Assembly: GCA_002952755.1 (NCBI GenBank)
Contig: CP025011.1
Coordinates: 90,001-122,000, forward strand
DNA: 32,000 bases
Origin: Candidatus Saccharimonadota bacterium
Lineage (GTDB): Bacteria; Patescibacteriota; Saccharimonadia; Saccharimonadales; UBA4665
Reading direction: 5' to 3'
Shown here: piece by piece, positions 8,832 through 16,698 of the stretch
How the letters are laid out: the number at the start of each line of letters is the position of its first letter
How positions within the stretch are numbered: the stretch's first letter is position 1
The notes under the pieces: generated by a model
What the model saw: only the letters and a program-made list of their open reading frames with translations
Database searches by the model: none
What the model was told of the DNA's origin: nothing
Translations under genes and position numbers: made by a program

Positions 8832-9110
8832 GTGGAAAAAGCTAGAACACCGGAACGACAATACCCCCGCACCGGGGTATACGAGCATTACAAAAGTACA
8901 GACGAAGACAAAAGATATTATCAAGTACTAGGCTTTGCAAAACATACTGAAACTGGGGAAATCCTAGCCGTATATATTCCACTTTATGTAGACTCTGAGC
9001 CTACCGGGCTTCTAGACGTACGTCCACTTGCTATGTTCACGGAAGATGTAGTACACAATGGCCAAGTTGTACCGCGTTATCGGTACATAGGGCCAGAACT
9101 TCAGTTCTGA
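8832..9110 (+). CDS. DUF1653 family protein
   Basis: GVYEHYKSTDEDKRYYQVLGFAKHTETGEILAVYIPLY ... RPLAMFTEDV ... VPRYRYIG matches the DUF1653 pattern. I preferred GTG 8832 because TATACT lies 7 nt upstream. The track TTG at 8811 lies inside the terminator stem. Confidence 0.8.
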   Translation: MEKARTPERQYPRTGVYEHYKSTDEDKRYYQVLGFAKHTETGEILAVYIPLYVDSEPTGLLDVRPLAMFTEDVVHNGQVVPRYRYIGPELQF

Positions 9111-9262
9111 TAAGTTTCGCTGTGGCAGAAGCTCTCGCCGATGCTTGTATCGAGACAGTCTCTGCGAAAAAGGACGAAGTCCGCTACCCTCTGGCCCTCC
9201 CAAGCATAAGTCTCATAGGCTCCTATCTGTTCTGAGGAGTTCCGTGTTGGTATGATACCTCT

Positions 9263-9838
9263 ATGTTTCCCGCCTATCCTGTCGCGTTCTGGCACTACTT
9301 CGATTTCATCACTATCGGTACTCTAACAATAGTCTTAACCGCCCTAATGACGACACATCACCGAAAAACTGGCAGCTTGCTTGGTACTATCAGTGAGACT
9401 GTGGCATACTCGAAGACATCCAGTATCATCTTCTCGGTAACCATGACTGCCTGTTTTCCGCTGTACTACGCATTCGTTTGGTTTTGGGTACTACCACTTA
9501 TACAAGCATCTCAGTGGATATACTATCTTCTCCTATTCTCCGCATTTTGTGAAATGGTGTTTGTCTGGGCCCCAGCAACTGTAGGCAGAAGCAAACGCAT
9601 ACATGGGGCCATGGTTAGCGTAGTCGTAGTCGCCATATATATGTTGACCTTACTTATTTTGCTCTATGGTGTGAGGCTGGACATCACTGCGCGAATCAGT
9701 TTGAGTCTCTCCTTAGTGTGTCCACTCCTCATTGGAATACTCATGATGGTCAAAAGATTTCGTCCATATACTTTCCTATATGAGACTATTTGCTGTGTTA
9801 CATTCTTGGTTAGTCTCTCACTGGTTGGGCACACGTAG
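9263..9838 (+). CDS. Hypothetical polytopic membrane protein
   Basis: 191-aa ORF with about 6 hydrophobic segments. TGGTATGAT, an extended -10-like box, ends 6 nt before the ATG. I recognised no family. Confidence 0.65.
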   Translation: MFPAYPVAFWHYFDFITIGTLTIVLTALMTTHHRKTGSLLGTISETVAYSKTSSIIFSVTMTACFPLYYAFVWFWVLPLIQASQWIYYLLLFSAFCEMVFVWAPATVGRSKRIHGAMVSVVVVAIYMLTLLILLYGVRLDITARISLSLSLVCPLLIGILMMVKRFRPYTFLYETICCVTFLVSLSLVGHT

Positions 9839-9873
9839 GAACTTTTTGCTTTAGGTGTGAGCGACGGCCCCCT

Positions 9874-9972
9874 TGTCTACTACGCAGCCCCACTAATGCC
9901 AAACGGCTACAACGCTCAGTAGAACACGCCCGAATGGGTAAGGTTGAGAAGCATGATCTTGCCGACCTATGA
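9874..9972 (+). pseudogene. yefM: yefM/phd-type antitoxin relic (C-terminal fragment only)
   Basis: The frame through 9874-9972 reads CLLRSPTNAKRLQRSVEHARMGKVEKHDLADL*. This resembles the E. coli YefM C terminus ([30 protein letters not shown]). Its stop overlaps the next ATG (ATGA). No N-terminal half or start codon is present. Confidence 0.65.
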
Positions 9973-10136
9973 GTAGAGACATCAGCTTCACGAGTGACAG
10001 CTGGGAAGATTATCTATACTGGCAGAGCCACAACAAGCAAACGCTTAAGAAAATAAATCAGCTGTTAAGATGGTCGGAGATGTTAATTTTTGAATCTTCA
10101 AACTCTACTCGCTCAGTTATATCGTTCAAGCAGTGA
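9969..10136 (+). pseudogene. yoeB: yoeB/txe-type toxin relic (N-terminal 34 aa conserved, C-terminal catalytic half lost)
   Basis: Translation is MSRDISFTSDSWEDYLYWQSHNKQTLKKINQLLR, followed by unrelated sequence and a stop after 55 aa. Compare E. coli YoeB: LIWSEESWDDYLYWQETDKRIVKKINELIK. The ORF is too short for the ORF track. Confidence 0.7.
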
Positions 10137-10176
10137 CTTCAAAGCATGGTACCACTCTTTGCTATCATGAATAGGT

Positions 10177-10704
10177 ATGGAACATGCGTTACAACTAGTC
10201 GATCTAGTGGACCAGTACGGCTCTGTGCTTGGGGTTAAGGAGAGGCGGAATATCCAAAAAGAAACAGATCTCTACCACACTGTCTTCACACTTTTGGTAA
10301 CTCCTGAGAGGCAGATCGTACTCAGTAAGATTCCGGCCCGCAGCGATCTGCCTAATCTATATGCAGGCTTATTGGGGTGCACCGTGACGACCATCAGAAG
10401 GCACGCCGAAACTCCGGATAGGGCTAGCCTACGGTCGCTCGAAAACGAGCTGCATGTAAGAGACGCTACATCACAAAAACTGGGAGATACATTTCAAGTG
10501 TTACGTGACGGGCGTCGGCAATATATGAGCATGTACTACACTGTGCATCCCGTGTCAGATGATTTTAGCCGCACCGATATCGAAAGCTTGCAAGCATTCT
10601 CTTATGATCTGCTTAGTAGAGCGGTGGAAGAAAGCCCCAATTTATTTACTCCTTCGTTTCTTGTTACCTGGGAAAGATACGCATCTATTAAGAATCTAAA
10701 ATAA
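10177..10704 (+). CDS. Nudix-fold-like protein with degenerate Nudix box
   Basis: The N terminus LVDLVDQYGSVLGVKERRNIQKETDLYHTVFTLLV resembles IDI/Nudix-type proteins. The box region TIRRHAETPDRASLRSLENELHV keeps Ex7R but has lost the G, one RE glutamate and one EE glutamate. Confidence 0.45.
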   Translation: MEHALQLVDLVDQYGSVLGVKERRNIQKETDLYHTVFTLLVTPERQIVLSKIPARSDLPNLYAGLLGCTVTTIRRHAETPDRASLRSLENELHVRDATSQKLGDTFQVLRDGRRQYMSMYYTVHPVSDDFSRTDIESLQAFSYDLLSRAVEESPNLFTPSFLVTWERYASIKNLK

Positions 10705-10740
10705 TTAGAACCCTAAGGGCTAGTGCCCTAGGAGTTCTAA
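10705..10740 (+). terminator. Imperfect 16-bp hairpin just after the Nudix-like stop
   Basis: TTAGAACCCTAAGGGC-tagt-GCCCTAGGAGTTCTAA. The outer 7 bp and inner 5 bp pair perfectly, with two bulges between them. There is no clear U-tract on the + strand. Confidence 0.4.
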
Positions 10741-10828
10741 AAATACCTCCTGCGAATTGTATTACAGCGTAAATTACAGTAACCTAAGGAGTATAACTTT
10801 AGCAGTGTAGCTGCTTGGGTGGGTCCGG

Positions 10829-12088
10829 ATGATTGTCAAAATTCGTAAGAACATCACAGGCTGCGTCTATTTCAGCCTTTCGCTCCTCTTTTTCTGTTTT
10901 TGGGGCGTACTCCCGGCTCAGGCAAGTGGCAGCTATACTTGGGCGACTATTTCTGGAGGCCCAAGTACTGGTTTCTGTGAAAACTTAAGTGCCTCCTCTA
11001 CGGGGCAGTACGTGGCATGCGCAAATACATCTGGCGATGTATTTGTTTCGTCTGACTACGGAGCAACCTGGGCAGATCAGACGACGCTGGGCTCTAATAA
11101 CTGGTTCGCGGCAGGTGTTTCTGAGACGGGGCAGTATATGGCCGTTGGCGCTCGGGGTGGCTTCTTGTATCTTTCTAATAATTACGGCGCTACCTGGAAT
11201 CAGGTGTCAACCCTGGGCTCACAACTTTGGTATAGCGCTGCTGTTTCTTCTAGTGGGCAATATGTAGCTGCCGTTGATTTTGCGGGAACGGTCGAAATTT
11301 CCAGCGATGCCGGCTTAAGCTGGTCTGCTAAGACACTAGCCGGCGCAGCGAACCTAACGAGCGTTGCTATGTCGAAGGACGGCCAGTATGTGTATGCAGC
11401 CGACAATGGCGGATCGCCTGGGGAACTTTTTGTATCGAGCGACTTTGGTGCAACCTGGACGCCAAAAGGCTCCAACTCGCATGGGTTTTGGGAAAGTGTT
11501 TCAAGTGCTGCTTCCGGCCAATATGCCGTAGCTACCGATACGTATGGCGAAGTGTATATTACCTCTGACTATGGCGCTACCTGGGCACCCCAGACGGTTC
11601 ATGCGGGGGGATTTTTTTATAACGCAATCATCTCATCTAATGGCCAGTATCTTATGGCACCAGATGTGAACAACAACGGCTTTCTGTATGAGTCATTCGA
11701 TGGCGGTAATACCTGGGCTAGTGATACGAATCTTGGCTTAGGAAGCGCTTCCGGCTGGTGGACGATCACGGCATCCTATGATTTTAGCCGCGTAGTAGCA
11801 ACTGATGATAATGGCGTGGATTATACCGGCTTCAATGCGGCTTTGTTCGTATCACCCTCCAGTCCGGGTTCCTCAAGCCCAACTCTAAGCACCCCCCAGA
11901 AGCTGCCTGGCAATCCTGATACGGGCTATGGTGCTCCGAATGATCGGTACCCTTATTTGCTGGCAGCCAGTGTGGTATGCGTCGGTTTTGGGTTAGTTAT
12001 ATTTGGAAAGAACGGGCACCTATCTACCGATGAGGATATACCTAACGAGTGGCGATTAAGCTCGAGAAAACCACCAAACGTTCACTGA
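10829..12088 (+). CDS. Secreted BNR/Asp-box repeat (beta-propeller-like) protein with C-terminal sorting-signal-like region
   Basis: Signal peptide ending AQA|SG. Six SxDxGxTW-type boxes (SSDYGATW, SNNYGATW, SSDAGLSW, SSDFGATW, TSDYGATW, SFDGGNTW), each preceded by a GQY motif at about 40-aa spacing. The C terminus has KLPGNPDTG, then a hydrophobic helix and a charged tail. Confidence 0.85.
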   Translation: MIVKIRKNITGCVYFSLSLLFFCFWGVLPAQASGSYTWATISGGPSTGFCENLSASSTGQYVACANTSGDVFVSSDYGATWADQTTLGSNNWFAAGVSETGQYMAVGARGGFLYLSNNYGATWNQVSTLGSQLWYSAAVSSSGQYVAAVDFAGTVEISSDAGLSWSAKTLAGAANLTSVAMSKDGQYVYAADNGGSPGELFVSSDFGATWTPKGSNSHGFWESVSSAASGQYAVATDTYGEVYITSDYGATWAPQTVHAGGFFYNAIISSNGQYLMAPDVNNNGFLYESFDGGNTWASDTNLGLGSASGWWTITASYDFSRVVATDDNGVDYTGFNAALFVSPSSPGSSSPTLSTPQKLPGNPDTGYGAPNDRYPYLLAASVVCVGFGLVIFGKNGHLSTDEDIPNEWRLSSRKPPNVH

Positions 12089-12710
12089 ATTCGCTCGTTC
12101 CCTGAATGATTTTGCCCGTACAAGTCATAAGATTTAAGCCCGGCTGGGTATTATGTATCGGTGACAATACTTCCCGCATGTTGACAGAGTTGTACGGGTA
12201 GGTTTTTATGGCGCTTACTTTGTAGGTGTAAGTGGTGCTATCCCCTCGAGTGATCACGATAGTGTCACCGACCCCTACTTTTTTGAGATCATAAAAGATA
12301 CCGTTGGCGCTCCAGCTAGAGACGTGGCCATATATAAACGTTGCTCCGTTTTGTCCAGGCAGAGCACTGCCATCGTACCAGCCGGCTTCGTAAATATTGC
12401 CAGGCGCAGCGATTGCCCCGGATTTGAGCAACCCCAACTTCAGCACTGGCGTATTTTGTATACCGATGGAGGGGATGGCAATATATTTGGGATTACTCGG
12501 CGGAACTGAATATTGGGCGGTCTCCTCGGGCTTAAGCTTCACCGAAGAGGGGGCGTGCTCGATGCTGACAGACCCAGGATGTAGGGCTATCTTAGGCGGT
12601 TTTGGTTCGCGCATAAACAAAACCCAGCTGAGGCCGATACCTATAACGCCAATCAGAATGAGTGCGCTGCCCACCCTTTTTCGACTCAGCATGTTTGGGA
12701 TATTACCCAT
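12042..12710 (-). CDS. Sortase family transpeptidase (peptidase C60)
   Basis: N-terminal TM anchor. Catalytic His context TFIYGHVS, Cys motif LMTCTG, and downstream Arg (SERLVVF). TAAAAT lies 6 nt upstream of the ATG. The 3' end overlaps the convergent BNR gene by 47 nt. Confidence 0.85.
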   Translation of the reverse strand: MGNIPNMLSRKRVGSALILIGVIGIGLSWVLFMREPKPPKIALHPGSVSIEHAPSSVKLKPEETAQYSVPPSNPKYIAIPSIGIQNTPVLKLGLLKSGAIAAPGNIYEAGWYDGSALPGQNGATFIYGHVSSWSANGIFYDLKKVGVGDTIVITRGDSTTYTYKVSAIKTYPYNSVNMREVLSPIHNTQPGLNLMTCTGKIIQGTSEFSERLVVFSSLIATR

Positions 12711-12757
12711 CTCATAATTTTACTACAACCCGCTTTACCTAATCGATGCTTAAAAGG

Positions 12758-13759
12758 CTAGTTCCCGGGGTCTGGCCTTGGAGAGGAGGCGAGGTGAAAG
12801 GGGTCGTAGAGTTCGATGGTGCCGATATTGGTGTCCGATAGGCCGGCCCACAGGCGGTAGGTGTAACCGCTGAGATGCTGGAGATGGTCGGGGAAGACGA
12901 CGTCTTGAAGGCCTTTGTTTTTGGCCGGGCCGGGCTCAAAACAGGAACGTACAGCGATAATCTCGGGGCAGGGTTTGCCTGAAGTGCTGCCAGCCAGCAA
13001 GTTATCGAGCAGTATGCGGTACGTACAAGCGGCATAATGTTTAGCGCCTTGTTTGTTGAAGGCCACATGGCCAAGCAATCCCACCCACTGTTGTCCCTGT
13101 GAGTCGCTTACTAGCTGTAAGTGGTTGACGCCTACCCAGTCGGCGACCTTAAAGCAATCGTCTAGGACGGCGAGAGTGGGCAATTTCCGCCTGGCATCTT
13201 GCAAATCTTCCAGAGTGTCGAGTATATGAAGCGTAATTCTACCGCGGCCATATTCACCACCCCAGGGCCGGCGACAGAGCAGGAAGCGCCCATCAGGCAG
13301 CTGGAGTAAGCGGATGTCTTTCATATTGTCGATGATTGCGAATGGAGTACGATCGAGCCGAAACAGTGATGTGCCACGATAAAAAACAGTTTGAGGGATG
13401 ATCTCGCGGCCTTCGCGCCTGATCTGGACGCCACCGAAGATGAGTTGCTTTTTGCCACGCTCGTGTACCGTAAAGCAAAAGGGGTCCTCCATCATATCGA
13501 AGGGCAGGAGGTGCGTATCGACTTCCCAAACGCCACTATGCTCACGAGCGAAACGAACGACGGGGTGATAGGAACGTGGGTTCCAGGCAAAACTGCGCCG
13601 CTGTTCAGAGCGAAAAGCGAGAATATTACCGCCCGGCTGCTCGATTACCGCCACATTATAGAGATCCCGGCGTCCCAAACCAGCTATTTTAACAATTGTG
13701 CCCAGGTTTGGTGGGCATACATGGCCATATTTGGTTGTCCAGACGTCGGTATGCTTCAT
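12758..13759 (-). CDS. DUF1861 / GH130-like beta-propeller protein (putative glycoside phosphorylase-like)
   Basis: 333 aa. Motifs LYNVAVIEQPGGNILAFRSEQRR, MMEDPFCF, MKDIRLLQLPDGRFLLCRRPWGGEYGRGRITL and VGLLGHVA fit the DUF1861 pattern as I remember it. It is the last gene of a three-gene minus-strand operon. Confidence 0.6.
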   Translation of the reverse strand: MKHTDVWTTKYGHVCPPNLGTIVKIAGLGRRDLYNVAVIEQPGGNILAFRSEQRRSFAWNPRSYHPVVRFAREHSGVWEVDTHLLPFDMMEDPFCFTVHERGKKQLIFGGVQIRREGREIIPQTVFYRGTSLFRLDRTPFAIIDNMKDIRLLQLPDGRFLLCRRPWGGEYGRGRITLHILDTLEDLQDARRKLPTLAVLDDCFKVADWVGVNHLQLVSDSQGQQWVGLLGHVAFNKQGAKHYAACTYRILLDNLLAGSTSGKPCPEIIAVRSCFEPGPAKNKGLQDVVFPDHLQHLSGYTYRLWAGLSDTNIGTIELYDPFHLASSPRPDPGN

Positions 13760-13761
13760 GG

Positions 13762-14733
13762 TTACAATAGCGGTTGGTGGCGATTAAGCGCATGTAGCGC
13801 CATCACATACATAATAGTCGATTCTGCTCCCTTATTGTTGCATACACCACGGGGTAAGGCATAGAGGCCGTCGCCACAAGCGTTTTTGTCAGATATGAGG
13901 CTGGTTTGGTAGATGTTATTGCCGTGGAACCACTCCAGCCACTCGCGTGCTTGCTGCAGATAGGCCGGCTCTTGAAATGTTTCGTACGCTTCTACAAGAG
14001 CTAAGACCATAAAACCCGGATCAATCGGCTGTTGGCCGTAAATATCGCGTTCTACTGCGCCGATGCGCTGCCAGATGCGATTGCCAACTGGCGCAGGGAT
14101 GACGCCAATACGGCAGTATTCTTCCAGAGTAGCGAGCGTTTTTTTGAGCCGCTCAGCCTGCTGCTTGGTGCCGCCGAATGTACGGTAGTAGCGGATAAGT
14201 GCCCAAGGCAGGGCGGCGTTGGCGTAGGTGAGGCGTTCTTCGAACCAGCCTAGTCTCGGTTGATATGCCGTCCAGAGTTTTTTCGCTACCTTGGAAGCCT
14301 GTTGTTTATCGCCTAAAGCGCAGTAGGCCAGAAGCAGATAGGCTAGCGTACGCAGGTATCCTTGCTCAATCTGCTCGGTTACGTCTGTTTCGGCGATTAA
14401 TGCCCGGGCTTCTTCCGGGTAAAAGTCATGCTCGACAGCTGCGGCTAATGCCCAGAGTGCAAGCGCGTGCGCATCGTGCGAACTTTGCTCGTCCAGGGGT
14501 TTGCGCCGTTCATCGAAGAAGCCAACGTAGCCCTTGGGGACTTTGGAGGCGACGAGATAATCCAGACACACCTTGGCACGCTCCTGATCCCCGAATAATA
14601 GGTAGACGATTAACCCGCGCGCCGAGTCGTCCAGGGCGTAGCCCATTTTCCAGTCAATTTCGTCGCCTTTGGTATGCTGCCAGATGCCAAAATCATCCGT
14701 GAGCCAGCGCAAGTGCGTCAGTATATGAGCCAT
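13762..14733 (-). CDS. Six-hairpin (alpha/alpha)6 glycosidase-like protein, function unknown
   Basis: 323-aa helical-repeat ORF (WLTDDFGIWQH, GYALDDSARGLIV, ALALWALAAA, YANAALPWALI). The stop is 2 nt before the DUF1861 start. The ATG overlaps the GT4 3' end by 41 nt. Confidence 0.5.
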   Translation of the reverse strand: MAHILTHLRWLTDDFGIWQHTKGDEIDWKMGYALDDSARGLIVYLLFGDQERAKVCLDYLVASKVPKGYVGFFDERRKPLDEQSSHDAHALALWALAAAVEHDFYPEEARALIAETDVTEQIEQGYLRTLAYLLLAYCALGDKQQASKVAKKLWTAYQPRLGWFEERLTYANAALPWALIRYYRTFGGTKQQAERLKKTLATLEEYCRIGVIPAPVGNRIWQRIGAVERDIYGQQPIDPGFMVLALVEAYETFQEPAYLQQAREWLEWFHGNNIYQTSLISDKNACGDGLYALPRGVCNNKGAESTIMYVMALHALNRHQPLL

Positions 14734-15928
14734 CGTATCCTCCTGTTTGTCCGATTACTAAACGGAATAGGTCCAGATATTTTGAACCTACGTTGGGCCA
14801 GGTGATTTGCCTGCCCTTGGCATAGGCGCGCTTACGCAAATCGAGCATGCCCTGCTCGTCCTGCCAGGTATTGATAATGGCGTCGGCAATCGCCTGAGGG
14901 TTGCCTGGCTCAACAATAATGCCCACATCGCCGGCCAGTACCTCCCGGGCGTGATGGTAGGGGGTAGCAATGTTTATCTTGCCAGCGGCCAGGCCCCAAG
15001 CCAGCATACCCGATGTAGGTTGCTGCATATTAGGGTATGCAGTAATAAAGAAGTCGGTGGCGGAGAAGTAGCGACGCAGCTCGTCGTCCTCGGGATATCT
15101 ATTAATAAATTTTACTGAGCGACTTACGCGTAGCTTTTTAACACGTTCGATGAGCGAATCGCGATACTTCTCTCCCTCGTTTTTCAGAATATGCGGATGG
15201 GTTTGGCCCACGATGTACAATTTGGCACCGGGGATGGCCTTCGTAACTGCCGGCAAGGCATCGATGATCTGTTCGATACCTTTGCTGGGACTGATTAAAC
15301 CTGATACCAATAGCATAGGATTAGCTTTGATATGTAAGCGCTGTTTGTGCATAGCGATTTGGTTGAAGGTGAAGTCGGGTACGCCATGGCCGATCAAAAT
15401 AGCTTTTTCTTCAGGACAGCCATACACTTCGATCAGGGCTTTGCGCGATGATTCAGTCATCGCCACTGCTGCAGCTGAGCGCTCAATAATCCGTTTCATG
15501 ACGTAGAGCTTATGCTCATCCGGCTCGGGCAGAATAGTATGAAAATTGGTAACCAGCGGTTTATCGATGCTGTCCAGTAGTGGCAGGAGATAGTCGCCAT
15601 TGACCCCGCCAAAGATACCGAACTCGTGTTGTAGATTCACGATGTCGGCCGAGGACTGGTTGATATAGTGAGCCGCTGCCGAATAGTCGTGGGCATTATG
15701 TTGGCCGATGCGGAATTTTACTTCCCAGGGGTATTCATACTCAATATCGTCGAGCACGGCAATAATCTCGGCCAGGGCGTGTGGGTTGAGGTTGTTGATC
15801 GCAATAGTCAGGTCTTTGGTAAAGGTAGCAATACCGCACTTGCGTGGTATGTATGACGAGATATAAATAACCTTCACCGGCTGCTGCTTACGCGCCAATG
15901 CAGCCACTAAGTTTTGACCAATACTCAT
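14693..15928 (-). CDS. Family 4 (group 1) glycosyltransferase
   Basis: 411 aa. N-terminal KVIYISSYIPRKCGIATFTKDL and a C-terminal GT-B region (LYIVGQTHP, FFITAYPNMQQPTSGMLAWGLAAGK) are typical of GT4 enzymes. Confidence 0.85.
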   Translation of the reverse strand: MSIGQNLVAALARKQQPVKVIYISSYIPRKCGIATFTKDLTIAINNLNPHALAEIIAVLDDIEYEYPWEVKFRIGQHNAHDYSAAAHYINQSSADIVNLQHEFGIFGGVNGDYLLPLLDSIDKPLVTNFHTILPEPDEHKLYVMKRIIERSAAAVAMTESSRKALIEVYGCPEEKAILIGHGVPDFTFNQIAMHKQRLHIKANPMLLVSGLISPSKGIEQIIDALPAVTKAIPGAKLYIVGQTHPHILKNEGEKYRDSLIERVKKLRVSRSVKFINRYPEDDELRRYFSATDFFITAYPNMQQPTSGMLAWGLAAGKINIATPYHHAREVLAGDVGIIVEPGNPQAIADAIINTWQDEQGMLDLRKRAYAKGRQITWPNVGSKYLDLFRLVIGQTGGYDGSYTDALALAHG

Positions 15929-16102
15929 AGTCTCAAAGCGTGCCCCCCGCGCTTATCCTCCTTAGTATATCGCATTTTGCCTGATATGTGTCTAGGGGTG
16001 CAGTGAATTATGTTACGGAAAAAATCAGGAACGACCGTGGAAGCTTCGCTTTCGTGATATCAAAAAGCGTATACTGAATGATGGTAACTAGAGGGAAATG
16101 TT

Positions 16103-16657
16103 ATGCGCAGCAGAGCAACTAGGGAATCGGGTTTTATCATGTTCTTGCTCCTTTTTGCCATCGTGCTGGCCGGGGCGATTGGTGCAGGGTGGTGGGCATG
16201 GCATCGCCATCAACACCAGGCGATAACGGTGCCTACACTTGCCGTAACATCGGCGCCAACCTGTCAGGCACAGGATGTAGTGCTAAGCCAGGGGACTGCA
16301 GACGGAACTGCCGGGACGATATATAAGCATGCAGTTATAACAAACACCGGCAGTCATAAGTGTACACTTGCAGGATATCCGGCGGCTTTTTTGCTTGATA
16401 GCCATGGCGCAGTGCTTGGTGGCGGGGCGGCTGATAATCCGCTCTATTCCCCGGTTTCGTTAACGCTTTCTGCAGGTGCCAAAGCGCACTCGGTATTGGG
16501 TTTTCCAGAAGCAGGTAGTTTTGATCCGGGCGTGTGCAGCGCCGCTTCGACGAGTTTGCAGCTGTACTTGCCAGGTTCAGTTACGCCAATCACAACTACA
16601 TGGAACGGCCATTCCTGTCCGGGTTTTTCGGTGACAGCTCTGCAGCCCGGCGCATAA
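16103..16657 (+). CDS. Secreted DUF4232 family protein
   Basis: N-terminal TM/signal segment. CQAQDVVLSQGTADGTAGTIYKHAVITNTGSHKCTLAGYPAAFLLDSHG is the DUF4232 signature. TATACT (16070-16075) and GAGGGA lie upstream. Confidence 0.8.
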   Translation: MRSRATRESGFIMFLLLFAIVLAGAIGAGWWAWHRHQHQAITVPTLAVTSAPTCQAQDVVLSQGTADGTAGTIYKHAVITNTGSHKCTLAGYPAAFLLDSHGAVLGGGAADNPLYSPVSLTLSAGAKAHSVLGFPEAGSFDPGVCSAASTSLQLYLPGSVTPITTTWNGHSCPGFSVTALQPGA

Positions 16658-16698
16658 TTGTTTTCGCCTAAAGGGCCAACATTTGCTAGTATGCTGCC

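Noticed and set aside
9191-9204. CTGGCCCTCCCAAG resembling the tRNA-Lys 3' end (CTGGGCCCTCCAA) as a possible att repeat
   Set aside because: It is only about 12 nt, needs an indel, and lies in the middle of the islet rather than at a boundary. This is compatible with chance.
9012-9295. Two minus-strand ORFs (63 and 64 aa) in the DUF1653-membrane gene spacer
   Set aside because: They overlap the ends of better-supported plus-strand genes and have no start signals. I recognised no family.
15957-15963. Perfect AAGGAGG (minus strand) upstream of the GT4 gene as its ribosome-binding site or as evidence for an upstream small ORF
   Set aside because: It lies about 29 nt from the ATG with no start codon after it. 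It directly abuts the TATACT box, and the same TATACTAAGG string occurs at the pilB-like promoter. It is therefore probably promoter-proximal sequence at or before the transcription start.
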